A stretch of 64,000 nucleotides of DNA, taken from assembly GCA_004299485.1 (NCBI GenBank), contig SCQP01000016.1:314996-378995 (forward strand). Direction: 5' to 3'. The stretch's first letter is position 1; every line of letters starts with the position of its first letter. This document shows, in pieces, positions 9,736 through 18,333 of the stretch. A program made the translations under genes and the position numbers. The DNA is from Acidobacteriota bacterium (lineage in GTDB: Bacteria; Acidobacteriota; Terriglobia; Terriglobales; SCQP01). The notes beneath the pieces are model-generated. The model made no database searches. It was not told where the DNA came from and saw only the letters and a program-made list of their open reading frames with translations.

Positions 9736-10296
9736 CTAGCCAGCCACGGCCTCCGGCTGTTCCCAGCGCGGGCGGCGGGGGGCGCGGGAGAGGGCGCCGG
9801 CAATCAACGAGGCGGCACGTTCCAGCAAGGCCTGATCGTGCTCGTTGAAGGCGTTGGGGTGGTCGCTATCGATATCGATTTCGCCCAGCACCCGGCCCTG
9901 ATCCAGAATCGGCACCACAATTTCGGAGCGCGTGGCCACCGAACAAGCCAAATAGCGCTGGTCGGCGTGCACGTCGGGCACGATGATGGGAGCGCGCTGC
10001 TTGGCTGCGGCGCCACAGATGCCCTCGCCGACGGGAATGCGCACGTGCGGCGAGGGGGCGCCCGCGAAAGGACCCAGGCGCAACTCGCCGCCTTCCAGCA
10101 GGTAGATGCCCACCCAGTGATAATGCGGCACGCGGGCCTTGAACATGCCGACCAGCACGCGCAGGAGGCCGGCGGCGTCGCTCTCCTCGGCGACCCGCTC
10201 CAGATCGTCGGAAAGAGCCTCGACGCGGTCCAGATCCATCGCCAGGGCGACGTGGGGAGCAGAAGCAGATTCGGAGGCGGCCATGCCCTCCATCAT
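9736..10296 (-). CDS. GAF domain protein (free methionine-R-sulfoxide reductase-like)
   Basis: 'HYHWVGIYLLEGGELRLGPFAG.PS..RIPVGEGICGAAA...PIIVPDVHAD.RYLACS..TRSEIVVPI...GRVLGEIDIDSD' is typical of single-GAF fRMsr/YebR-type proteins. Confidence 0.8.
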   Translation of the reverse strand: MMEGMAASESASAPHVALAMDLDRVEALSDDLERVAEESDAAGLLRVLVGMFKARVPHYHWVGIYLLEGGELRLGPFAGAPSPHVRIPVGEGICGAAAKQRAPIIVPDVHADQRYLACSVATRSEIVVPILDQGRVLGEIDIDSDHPNAFNEHDQALLERAASLIAGALSRAPRRPRWEQPEAVAG

Positions 10297-10518
10297 AAGG
10301 CAGGGGACAGGGGACAGGGCTCAGGGGCCAGGGCTGGCATTCCCGCAGAGAATGTGGTAGCCTAGGAATGGCGCATGTGCCGCAGTCCGCTTTTGCCATG
10401 CGCGATTCGAAACCGCCGCACCGGACCCAACTCTTTGTTAGTGCGCAGCGCCGTTGCCAGTTCAGGCAATACAGGACGTACGCTTCGGCGCCAGGGCCGG
10501 TCGCAGGCCTAAAAAACT

Positions 10519-12066
10519 GTGAACGAAGAAAAACTCAAAATTGCAGTCTTCATTGACTTCGACAACATCCAGATCGGGGTGCGCAGCACGCTCAACCGCG
10601 ACTTCGACCTGGCGCTGGTGCTGGAAGCGCTCAAGGAGCGCGGCGAAGTCGTAACCAAAATCGCTTATGGCAACTGGAAGCGGGCGGGCGAGCTGACCCG
10701 GACGCTGACCCAAAACGCCGTTCTGATGGTGCAACGCGACCTCACGCCGCGCGGCGACAAGAACGGCGCCGATATCAACCTGGCGCTGGACGCCCTGGAA
10801 ATGGCCATCAACCATCCCCACATCAACGCCTTTGTGGTGGTGGGCGGCGACAGCGACTTCATTGCGCTCGTCGAAAAACTGAAACAGTACAACAAGGCCG
10901 TGTTCGTGGTGGGCGGCCGCAGCTTCACCAGCAGCATTCTGCAGCGCAACTGCCGCGAATTCCTCGCCTATGAAAATCTGGTCGAAGCGACCTCGCCCGC
11001 CGAACGCCGGCGGGACGATAGCACGCGGCGGCGGGCGGTGTACACGCTGGAGCGCGCCGTGCCGCTGGTCTATCGCGGCCTCAAGGTGCTGGCCGACCGC
11101 GAAGTGCAGGCGCAGCTCGGATTGCTGAAGAGCACGTTGATCCAGTTGGATTCGACCTTCAATGAACGCGACTACGGCTCCAGCTCCTTCCGCGTGTTCA
11201 TGCAGAAGATGGCCGAAGCCGGCCTGGTGAACCTGCGCCAGCAGGGCAACAGCTTCGTGGTTGAGCCGCTGGAGCGCGAGCCGGTAGCGGCCAGCGAACC
11301 CGCGATCAGCGAGGGTGAAGTCCGGCCGGAGGGGATGGAAGAGGAAATGGACGAAGCCCCGGCCGCGGCGCCGCGCTATGAAAGCGCGCCGCCGGCCGCG
11401 GCCGCGCCCAGCCGGCCGCCGGAAGAGGCGCTGGATCTGTTGCAACGCATTCTGGCGCCGCTGCAGGGCACCAATCCGCGGCCGCTCTATTTGCGCAACG
11501 TGAAGCAATTGCTGCGGGCGGAAGAGCCGAATTTCGATGAACAGCAGTTCGGATTTGGCTCGATCGTGGATTTGCTGCGCGCCGGCCAGAATCAAAACTG
11601 GCTGCGGCTGCAGCGTGATCGCCGGGGCGCGCTGCGGGTATTCATTCCGCCCACCGGCAATGGTGCGCCCGCCAGCGCCTCGCCCGGCAACGTGGGCAGC
11701 GCGGAAGAGGGCAGCGGCGAGGCACGCGACATCGGCAATGGTGCCGAGGCAGGACCAGAAGTGCCCGCCACGGACGGGGACCAACAGCCGGTATTTCAAG
11801 GCGAAGCGGCGGTCAGTGCCGTAGAGGGTAACGGCAACATCGCGGAAGGCCCCGCGGCCGTGGTGGCGGTCGCAGAAGTGGATCCCGAGGATTCGCAAAT
11901 CGCCGTGCTCGGCTACTACAGCGGAATCCATGGCGAGCAAACCGAGGAAGCCCCGCTCAGCCTGGCCGCCGCAGTGGCGGATGGCGGCGGGCGGAAGAAG
12001 CGCGGCGGCCGCAAGCCGAAGGGCGAAGGCGGCGCGGGCCCGCGGCGGCGGAAACCCAAGCGCTAG
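10519..12066 (+). CDS. NYN-domain (LabA/limkain-b1 type) RNase-like protein with OST-HTH/LOTUS-like regions and a basic GR/K-rich tail
   Basis: 'KIAVFIDFDNIQIG', 'AYGNW', 'GADINLALDALEMA' and 'VVVGGDSDFIALVEKLK' are NYN catalytic-core motifs. The C-terminus is 'GGGRKKRGGRKPKGEGGAGPRRRKPKR'. Confidence 0.8.
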   Translation: MNEEKLKIAVFIDFDNIQIGVRSTLNRDFDLALVLEALKERGEVVTKIAYGNWKRAGELTRTLTQNAVLMVQRDLTPRGDKNGADINLALDALEMAINHPHINAFVVVGGDSDFIALVEKLKQYNKAVFVVGGRSFTSSILQRNCREFLAYENLVEATSPAERRRDDSTRRRAVYTLERAVPLVYRGLKVLADREVQAQLGLLKSTLIQLDSTFNERDYGSSSFRVFMQKMAEAGLVNLRQQGNSFVVEPLEREPVAASEPAISEGEVRPEGMEEEMDEAPAAAPRYESAPPAAAAPSRPPEEALDLLQRILAPLQGTNPRPLYLRNVKQLLRAEEPNFDEQQFGFGSIVDLLRAGQNQNWLRLQRDRRGALRVFIPPTGNGAPASASPGNVGSAEEGSGEARDIGNGAEAGPEVPATDGDQQPVFQGEAAVSAVEGNGNIAEGPAAVVAVAEVDPEDSQIAVLGYYSGIHGEQTEEAPLSLAAAVADGGGRKKRGGRKPKGEGGAGPRRRKPKR

Positions 12067-12095
12067 GCTAGAGAATTCGGTCGGAGCTGCAGCAC

Positions 12096-12124
12096 AAGGC
12101 CGTCCCGCCGAGCGGGACGGCCTT
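12096..12124 (+). terminator. 13-bp hairpin downstream of the NYN gene (weak T-tract), extendable to 12086..12138
   Basis: AAGGCCGTCCCGC-CGAG-GCGGGACGGCCTT is followed by GTTGCTGTTG. Confidence 0.5.
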
Positions 12125-12230
12125 GTTGCTGTTGCAGCCTGGGCTTTGCTTCATCGCGGGCGCCCAGCGCGGCTGTCCCGCCGCGCGGCCCGCTCCCAAA
12201 GGCCGCCAAGCCGCTCCGCCGGCGGTAGCT

Positions 12231-12328
12231 TGGAGGAGCCCTGAGCGCCAACAGGCGGACCCTGCCGGCAATCGAAGCCCGCACCCCCAGCGACCATCGG
12301 GAGCGACCCGGGCAAAAAGTGGCGAGCC
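12231..12328 (-). repeat. Interspersed ~110-bp element, copy A (inverted relative to the other copies)
   Basis: The reverse complement aligns along its length with copies at 14990, 27584 and 51363: 'ggctcgccactttttgcccgggtcgctcccgatggtcgct...gcgggcttcgatt.ccggcagggtccgcc...gggctcctccaagctaccgcc'. Confidence 0.75.
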
Positions 12329-12361
12329 CCCGGGGGCCCCTTGCCCCGGCTTCGCTTCAGC

Positions 12362-12396
12362 AAAAAAAATGGCCGTCCCGCCGAGCGGGACGGCCT
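12362..12396 (-). terminator. Intrinsic terminator of the exported-protein gene 12423..13064
   Basis: On the minus strand, GGCCGTCCCGC-TCGG-GCGGGACGGCC is followed by ATTTTTTTTG. Confidence 0.7.
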
Positions 12397-12422
12397 TGTT
12401 GCTGTTGCAGCCTAGCGAATCT

Positions 12423-13064
12423 TTACAGACCCGAGGGGCTGACGACGCAGTTGGAGCACTTGGTCGCTTCGTGAACGACAATGCCCGTCACGACAGCCGC
12501 CCCCGCCGCGATACCAATCGCGACCGGAACCGCCATCGAGGCGCCACCGCCGCCAGCGGCGGCCGGCGCAGCTTGCGCGTCACTGAAAGACACCGCGCTG
12601 CCAGCCTTGACCGTGTAGCTGCTGTGGGCAGACTTCACGGCAACCGAGCCGGCAACGGCCTCAACGTACACTTTCCCCGAAAGGTCATAGACGTTGAAAC
12701 GCGACTGCGAGGTGGTGGGAACCACGGTGCGGGTGTTGAGGGCGACCGGCAGCATGCCGGCAACCTTCACCAGACCGTTGGTCAAACGGATTTGGGTAGC
12801 GCCATTGACGCTTTCCATCCGGAAATTGGTATTAGACGCGGCGATCATGGAACCGCCAGGGAGCACCATGCGGGCGCTTCCAGCGGCACTCGTCGAAACA
12901 ATATCACCGGCTACAATGGCCGAACCCGCGGCGACAGGTTGGCCATTAACAGCCACCGTGCCTGCCATCGGACTCAGAATCGCACCGGTGGTTCCGAACA
13001 GGGGCAGGCACGCAACAGCGGCGGCCAGTCCCATCGTCGCCAAGAACGAACGGCGAATGTTCAT
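12423..13064 (-). CDS. Exported hypothetical protein with a signal peptide and a C-terminal hydrophobic anchor
   Basis: The ATG at 13064 is preceded by AAGGAGG. 'MNIRRSFLATMGLAAAVACLPLFG' is signal-like. The C-terminus has 'AVPVAIGIAAGAAVVTGIVV'. The longer track ORF (to 13226) has no RBS support. Confidence 0.7.
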   Translation of the reverse strand: MNIRRSFLATMGLAAAVACLPLFGTTGAILSPMAGTVAVNGQPVAAGSAIVAGDIVSTSAAGSARMVLPGGSMIAASNTNFRMESVNGATQIRLTNGLVKVAGMLPVALNTRTVVPTTSQSRFNVYDLSGKVYVEAVAGSVAVKSAHSSYTVKAGSAVSFSDAQAAPAAAGGGGASMAVPVAIGIAAGAAVVTGIVVHEATKCSNCVVSPSGL

Positions 13065-13314
13065 CGAAACCTCCTTACATCTGCGGGCAGAAGCAACAGC
13101 ACTACCGCGTACAGTTGTACCATCGGAGCCAGCCGCTTGCAAGTTTATTCTTGTGAGTCGGGCCCACAAATAGAGGAAATTAAAGTGACTGTTGGGGTTA
13201 TGCCCAACATATGGTGCTTCTGGCAAGAAGAGGCACTACAACTAGGTATCCCCTGGGGTAGGCGGAACAGTTGGACGGGTGGACGTGTACAATCGCAGCA
13301 GCACCGGGGTGACC

Positions 13315-14082
13315 ATGGACACAGCCAAATACTTCCCTGCTGTGATTACCGCCCGCCACGACTTGAGCGGCGATTTGTGGACGGTGCGGCTGCGGCTGCC
13401 GCAGCCGTTTCCGTTCCGCCCGGGCCAGTACGCGACCTTGGCGGTGGAAGATGAAAACGGAATCCATGAGCGGCCGTACTCGGTCGTCTCCAGCCCCCTG
13501 GAAGAAGAAATGGAGCTGTTCTTCGAGCTGGTGCCCCACGGTGAGCTGACGCCGCTGCTCTACCGGCTGCAGGTGGGCGACACCGTGCATGTACGGCGCT
13601 CCGCCAAGGGTCTGTTTCAACTGGACCGCAAACGCGGCCACGCGCAGCACCTGATGGTGGCCACGGTCACCGGCATCGCGCCCTTCGTGAGCATGTTGCG
13701 AAGCTGGGCACGGGATGCCGCCTGGGCGCCCGAGGGCACGCGCATGGTGCTGATTCAGGCGGGCAGCCGCTCGTGGGAGTTCGGCTACGCGGAGGAGCTG
13801 CAGCAATTGGCAGCGCGGCTGCCGAATGTGGGCGTGACGCTGGCGATTTCGCGACCGTGGGAAGATCCGGCGTGGGCAGGCGAGCGCGGACGCGCCGAAG
13901 ATCTCGTGCGCAAATACGCGGACGCGGCGGGCTTTGCCGCGGGTCACACGGCGGCGTATCTGTGCGGGCACCCCCAAATGATCGAGAACACCAAGGGGAT
14001 TCTGACGCGCTGCGGTTACCCCAAGGCGGATCTGCACGAAGAGGTGTACTTCATTCTGCCGAAGGTGGCGGCGGGAGCCTAA
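13315..14082 (+). CDS. Ferredoxin-NADP(+) reductase-type flavoprotein
   Basis: It has the FAD motif 'RPYSVVSSP' (RxYS) and the NAD(P) motif 'VATVTGIAPFVSML'. A TACAAT at 13289..13294 favours the ATG at 13315 over the GTG at 13279. Confidence 0.8.
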   Translation: MDTAKYFPAVITARHDLSGDLWTVRLRLPQPFPFRPGQYATLAVEDENGIHERPYSVVSSPLEEEMELFFELVPHGELTPLLYRLQVGDTVHVRRSAKGLFQLDRKRGHAQHLMVATVTGIAPFVSMLRSWARDAAWAPEGTRMVLIQAGSRSWEFGYAEELQQLAARLPNVGVTLAISRPWEDPAWAGERGRAEDLVRKYADAAGFAAGHTAAYLCGHPQMIENTKGILTRCGYPKADLHEEVYFILPKVAAGA

Positions 14083-14123
14083 GTGGCTCGCCACTTTTTG
14101 CCCTGGTCGCTCCCGTTGGTCGC
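14083..14123 (+). repeat. Interspersed element, truncated copy B (first ~41 nt only)
   Basis: 'gtggctcgccactttttgccctggtcgctcccgttggtcgc' is identical to the 5' part of copy D. It fills the 46-nt gap between convergent genes. Confidence 0.6.
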
Positions 14124-14128
14124 ATAGA

Positions 14129-15001
14129 TCAACGGACAAGCCAAGCCGCGGCGGCCTGCGCATCAGCGGGAGTGGCCTGAGCCGGTAAGCGGGCGGCGGG
14201 GAGTTCGGCACCGGCGAGTAGCGGGCCCGCCCAAGGCACCTTCAGCGTCAGCAATGCGGCGGCAAATTCATCGCGCGCCAATTGGGGAATAAAGAGAACG
14301 GGCGCAGCCGCGCCGGTATGGCGGCGGATTTCGGCCAGCAGGGCGGCGGCCTGGAGCCCGCCGTCGCGGAAGAACAGGGGACTGTAAAGCGAGATCGGCT
14401 GCACCGGCGCGCGCGCGGCTAAGGTGGCAAGAAACGCGGGCGCGGGCGGGCGGCGGGTGACCGCGCTACCCAGAAAGCTGACTACCGCGGCCACCGCCGG
14501 CTGCGCCTGCAGACGGGCAAATTCCGCAACGGCACCGCACAGTTGCTCCGCGGCCAGTGACACGTTTCCGGCCGGCGGCATTTCCCACCAGGCAAAGCAT
14601 TCCGAGGGCGTTTCCGGATGGCCTCCCAGCCAGAGCTCGGTACAGACCTGCCGGTTTCGTGGTTCCAGCAGTTGCCAGGCCGCAGTCGCGGGTGCGGTGT
14701 CATCCAAAAGCACGCCGTCGGCCCGGCGATCCAAGGCCGCTAATACCGCGCGCAGTGAGGGAGATTGCAGCGCCGCGGCGGCTTCGGCAGGCGTCGCGCC
14801 GGCACCCTGGCGGCGCTCCAGCCAGAGTCGGCGCCAGCGCTCGCGCTCGCGCTCGTCGCCGGGCACGGCGGGGCTGAGGACCTCGACGGACGCCGCGGCC
14901 AGCAGCGGGCGCAGAGATTCGGGCGCGGCGAGGCGGAAGGGAGCCACGAAGGCGAGTGTACAACAGCCGCAGCTCCGGAACTCCGCAGAGTGGCTCGCCA
15001 C
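14129..15001 (-). CDS. Hypothetical protein with weak resemblance to the phosphate acyltransferase (PTA_PTB) fold
   Basis: The ORF is long with plausible amino-acid composition. 'LRAVLAALDRRADGVLLD' and 'AVAAVVSFLGS' loosely recall Pta motifs. The first 4 codons lie inside repeat copy C, so the true start may be the GTG at 14947. Confidence 0.5.
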   Translation of the reverse strand: MASHSAEFRSCGCCTLAFVAPFRLAAPESLRPLLAAASVEVLSPAVPGDERERERWRRLWLERRQGAGATPAEAAAALQSPSLRAVLAALDRRADGVLLDDTAPATAAWQLLEPRNRQVCTELWLGGHPETPSECFAWWEMPPAGNVSLAAEQLCGAVAEFARLQAQPAVAAVVSFLGSAVTRRPPAPAFLATLAARAPVQPISLYSPLFFRDGGLQAAALLAEIRRHTGAAAPVLFIPQLARDEFAAALLTLKVPWAGPLLAGAELPAARLPAQATPADAQAAAAWLVR

Positions 15002-15098
15002 TATTTGCCCGGGTCGCTCCCGTTGGTCGCTTGGAGTGCGGGCTTCGATTCCCGGCAGGGTCCGCCCGCTGGCGCTCCGGGCTCCTCCAAGCTGCCTC
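14990..15098 (+). repeat. Interspersed ~110-bp element, copy C
   Basis: It aligns end-to-end with copies D and E and lies between two minus-strand genes. Confidence 0.75.
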
Positions 15099-15100
15099 CC

Positions 15101-16120
15101 TTAGACTACAGTCAGGCAGGGGGCATCCGGGCGTGCGGGTTCGACACGGCCGATGCAGACGCCGGGAAAGCCGGGGGCGGCCGCGGCCGGAAGACTGACC
15201 AGCAGGCCGCCGCTGGTTTGCGGATCGAAGAGAAGCGCTTGCAGGTCGTCCGGGATCGCACCGGTGAACTCTACGTCGGGGGATACAAAAGCCTGGTTGT
15301 TGTGCAGGCCCTGCGACTGGCACGTGAGAGCGCAGGCGCGGGCGCCAGGCAGCAAGGGCACGGCCGCCGCCTCCAGGCGCAGATGCACGCCGCTGGCGCG
15401 CGCCATCTCGCGGGCGTGGCCGAGCAGGCCGAAGCCGGTGACATCGGTGGCCGCGTGCGCGCCGGCGGCCAGAGCGGCAGCGGCGGCCTCTCGATTGAGC
15501 GTGCGCATGGAGCGGACGGCGGCCGCAAAATCAGCGGGGTCGAGGGGCTCACCGCGCTTGAGCGCAGTCGTGAGCACGCCGGTGCCGATGGATTTCGTCA
15601 GACACAACTGATCGCCGGCGCGGGCGCCACTGTTGCGCAGCACGCGCGTGGCATCGATCAGGCCGGTGACGCTGTAGCCGAATTTCAGCTCGTCGTCGCG
15701 CAGGCTGTGGCCGCCGCCGAGCGCGCAGCGCGCCTCGGCGAGGATTTCCAGACCGCCTTCGAGGATGCGCTGCAGCAGTTCGGTGCCCTCGCCGGGCGGA
15801 TAGGCCAGAATGGACAGCGCCAGGACGGGACGCCCGCCCATGGCATAAACATCGCTGAGGGCGTTGGCGGCGGCGATGGCGCCGAAGTCGCCAGGATCAT
15901 CCACGATGGGCGTGAAGAAATCGAGGGTCTGGACCAGGGCGGAGTTGGCCGGGGCCGAGGGCGGCAGGCGATAGACGGCAGCGTCTTCGGCGCCCTCAAA
16001 ACCTACCAGCAAATTGGGGTCGTGAAAGCCGTGCAATCCCGGCAGGACGGCCTCCAGCATCTGCGGGCTGAGCTTGGCGGCGCAGCCGCAGGCGCGCGCC
16101 AGTTCGGTCAAACGCCGCAT
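15101..16120 (-). CDS. selD: Selenide, water dikinase (selenophosphate synthetase), Cys-type
   Basis: The N-terminus 'MRRLTELARACGCAAKLSP' carries a Cys at the active site, not an in-frame TGA. A PurM-like body follows ('DDPGDFGAIAAANALSDVYAMGGRP'). The ATG at 16120 has a GAGGA upstream, and the track's 60-codon extension is unsupported. Confidence 0.9.
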   Translation of the reverse strand: MRRLTELARACGCAAKLSPQMLEAVLPGLHGFHDPNLLVGFEGAEDAAVYRLPPSAPANSALVQTLDFFTPIVDDPGDFGAIAAANALSDVYAMGGRPVLALSILAYPPGEGTELLQRILEGGLEILAEARCALGGGHSLRDDELKFGYSVTGLIDATRVLRNSGARAGDQLCLTKSIGTGVLTTALKRGEPLDPADFAAAVRSMRTLNREAAAAALAAGAHAATDVTGFGLLGHAREMARASGVHLRLEAAAVPLLPGARACALTCQSQGLHNNQAFVSPDVEFTGAIPDDLQALLFDPQTSGGLLVSLPAAAAPGFPGVCIGRVEPARPDAPCLTVV

Positions 16121-16175
16121 GTATCGATTATCCTCTGTGGCAGGCGCGTTTGCTAAACTGAAATGGCCCCGAGCG

Positions 16176-17081
16176 ATGCCGACCCCGCCCAAACCAATCC
16201 GCAAAGCCGTGTTTCCCGCCGCCGGGCTGGGAACGCGCTTTCTGCCGGCCACCAAGGCGCAGCCCAAAGAGATGCTGGCGCTGGTCGACAAGCCCATCAT
16301 TCAATACGGCGTCGAAGAAGCGCTGGACAGCGGCATCGACGAAATTGTGATCATCACCGGCCGGGGTAAGAACTCGATTGAGGATCACTTCGACGTCAGC
16401 TTCGAGCTGGAACGGATGCTGGAGGAGAAGGGCAAAACCGACCTGCTGGCGGTGGTGCGGGAAGTGAGCGACATGATCCATGTCGCCTACGTACGGCAAA
16501 AGGAGGCGCTCGGCCTGGGGCACGCCGTGCTGGCCGCGGAAAACCTGGTAGGCGAGGAACCGTTCGCGGTACTGCTGGCCGACGATGTGATTGATGCGCA
16601 AGTGCCGGTGATGCGGCAGATGCTGGACGTGTATGAAGCCACGGGCGCCAGCGTGGTGGCGGTGGAAAAAATTGCGGGCGAAGCGATTTCCAGTTACGGC
16701 GTCGTCAAGCCCGCGCCGGCCACCGACCGGCTACGGCCGGATCAGTTTCTGGGGCCGGTGGTGCGGGTGGCGGATGTAATGGAGAAGCCCCGGCTGGCGC
16801 AGGCGCCTTCGGATTTAGCGGTGGTGGGACGGTATCTGCTGACGCCGGGCATTTTCAAGCATCTGCGGCGGCAGCAACGCGGGGCCGGAGGGGAAATCCA
16901 GCTCACCGACGCCATGCGGGCGCTGGCGCAGGAAGAGCCCTTCTACGCCTACCAGTTCCAGGGCCGGCGGCACGACACCGGCGACAAGCTCGGCTTCTTG
17001 CAGGCGACCGTGGAGCTGGCGCTGAAGCGCGAGGATCTGGGCGCCGCGTTCCGCCAGTACCTGCATGGCCTGCAGCTATAG
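16176..17081 (+). CDS. galU: UTP--glucose-1-phosphate uridylyltransferase
   Basis: 'IRKAVFPAAGLGTRFLPATKAQPKEMLALVDKPIIQYGVEEA' and 'VEKP' are present. The ATG at 16176 follows an extended -10, TGcTAAACT (16151..16159). Confidence 0.9.
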   Translation: MPTPPKPIRKAVFPAAGLGTRFLPATKAQPKEMLALVDKPIIQYGVEEALDSGIDEIVIITGRGKNSIEDHFDVSFELERMLEEKGKTDLLAVVREVSDMIHVAYVRQKEALGLGHAVLAAENLVGEEPFAVLLADDVIDAQVPVMRQMLDVYEATGASVVAVEKIAGEAISSYGVVKPAPATDRLRPDQFLGPVVRVADVMEKPRLAQAPSDLAVVGRYLLTPGIFKHLRRQQRGAGGEIQLTDAMRALAQEEPFYAYQFQGRRHDTGDKLGFLQATVELALKREDLGAAFRQYLHGLQL

Positions 17082-17655
17082 GGTCTTGCCGCGGGCGTTT
17101 TTTGACGCCAGCCCGCTGCAGGTCGCCCCGGCGTTGCTGGGCAAACTCCTGATCCGGCGCCAGCAGGGCCGCGAGCGGCGCGTGCGGCTGGTGGAGACGG
17201 AAGCCTACCTGGGCAGCGGCGATGCAGCGGCGCATTCGGCCGTGGGGCGCACCGCGCGCAATGCGGTTTTATTCGGGCCACCCGGCCACCTCTACATCTA
17301 CCTGATCTACGGGATGCATTTATGCCTCAACGTCTCGACGCTGCCGGATGGGCAGGCAGGCGGGGTGCTGTTCCGCGCGGCCGAAGAAGAGGGTGTGCCG
17401 CCACTGACGCTCTCCGGGCCGGGCCGGCTGGCACGGGCGCTGGACGTAACCCGGGCCAGCAACGGATGCGACCTGACGAAGAGGGGAGAGATTTTTCTGG
17501 CCGACGACGGCTTCCGGCCAGAGGAGATCATAGTGACGCCGCGCGTCGGCATCCGCAAAGCCGCGCTGCTGCCGAACCGGTTTCTGCTCCCGGGCCACGC
17601 TGCGGTGACACGGCCGCGCGGGCCGGTGCTGGAGACGCTGCGCGACAGTAGCTGA
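17065..17655 (+). CDS. DNA-3-methyladenine glycosylase (Mpg/AAG family)
   Basis: 'VAPALLGKLL', 'LVETEAYLG..DAAAHS..GRTARNAVLFGPPGHLYIYLIYGMHLCLNV'. Confidence 0.85.
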   Translation: MACSYRVLPRAFFDASPLQVAPALLGKLLIRRQQGRERRVRLVETEAYLGSGDAAAHSAVGRTARNAVLFGPPGHLYIYLIYGMHLCLNVSTLPDGQAGGVLFRAAEEEGVPPLTLSGPGRLARALDVTRASNGCDLTKRGEIFLADDGFRPEEIIVTPRVGIRKAALLPNRFLLPGHAAVTRPRGPVLETLRDSS

Positions 17656-17724
17656 CGCGCGGCCCTCCCAGCGTTCTTGCCGATTGCATCGGGTGGGGGC
17701 AAACAGCTATTCTGATTCTGCTTT

Positions 17725-18018
17725 ATGGTTACTACCGCGCCATCACCCGAGCCATCACCCGAACTCGCCCGCGAGGGCTGGGACGAATTTCTCGAACTGG
17801 AAACCAGGATTCAGCAGGTCGCCGAGGCGCTGCAAAAGGCGCGTGCCGAACGCGATCGCGCGCTGGCGGAGCTGCGTGCGCTACAGGCGGCGCAGGACAA
17901 GCTGCGGCAGGGACAGACGCAGCAGGAACAGGAACTGGTGACGCTGCGCAAGGAACGGAACGAAGTGCGCCAGCGCCTGGGCCGGCTGAGCAAACTGCTC
18001 GAGGCCGTGGAGGGCTAG
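17725..18018 (+). CDS. Coiled-coil protein (ZapB-like) upstream of zapA
   Basis: The 97-aa product is heptad-rich and high in E/R/Q/L, and sits directly 5' of zapA. The functional label is inferred from position only. Confidence 0.5.
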   Translation: MVTTAPSPEPSPELAREGWDEFLELETRIQQVAEALQKARAERDRALAELRALQAAQDKLRQGQTQQEQELVTLRKERNEVRQRLGRLSKLLEAVEG

Positions 18019-18031
18019 CGCAGGCCGCGCG

Positions 18032-18325
18032 ATGACGGGCAAACTCAGCACGCGCGTCAGCATTTACGATCAGAACTACTCGATCGGCGGCGGCGACAGC
18101 GCCACCATTGAGCGTCTGGCCGAGCGCGTCGACACCAAGATGCGGCAGGTGGCCAAAGAAACGCACGTGGTCGACTCGTTGCGGGTGGCCGTGCTGGCAG
18201 CGATCAACTTCGCCGATGAGAACGAGGCGCTGCGCGGCGAGGTGGAAAAACTGCAACGCGAGGTGGGCGAGCGCGCGCGGGCGCTGACAGCGGATCTCGA
18301 CCACCTGCTCGACCGGGCGGGGTAG
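18032..18325 (+). CDS. zapA: Cell division protein ZapA
   Basis: 'VSIYDQNYSIGGGDS..IERLAERVDTKMRQV......DSLRVAVLAAINFADE' is a typical ZapA core followed by a coiled coil. Confidence 0.8.
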   Translation: MTGKLSTRVSIYDQNYSIGGGDSATIERLAERVDTKMRQVAKETHVVDSLRVAVLAAINFADENEALRGEVEKLQREVGERARALTADLDHLLDRAG

Positions 18326-18333
18326 GCGCGCCC

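Noticed and set aside
10462-11940. 492-aa ORF antisense to the NYN-domain gene
   Set aside because: It has the Arg/Gly/Ala/His-rich, low-complexity composition typical of the reverse frame of a high-GC gene, and no motifs. The plus-strand NYN gene has clear catalytic motifs.
12123-13454. 443-aa plus-strand ORF
   Set aside because: It runs through an intergenic repeat, two terminator hairpins and the antisense of an exported-protein gene that has a good RBS. Its composition is Arg/Gly-rich.
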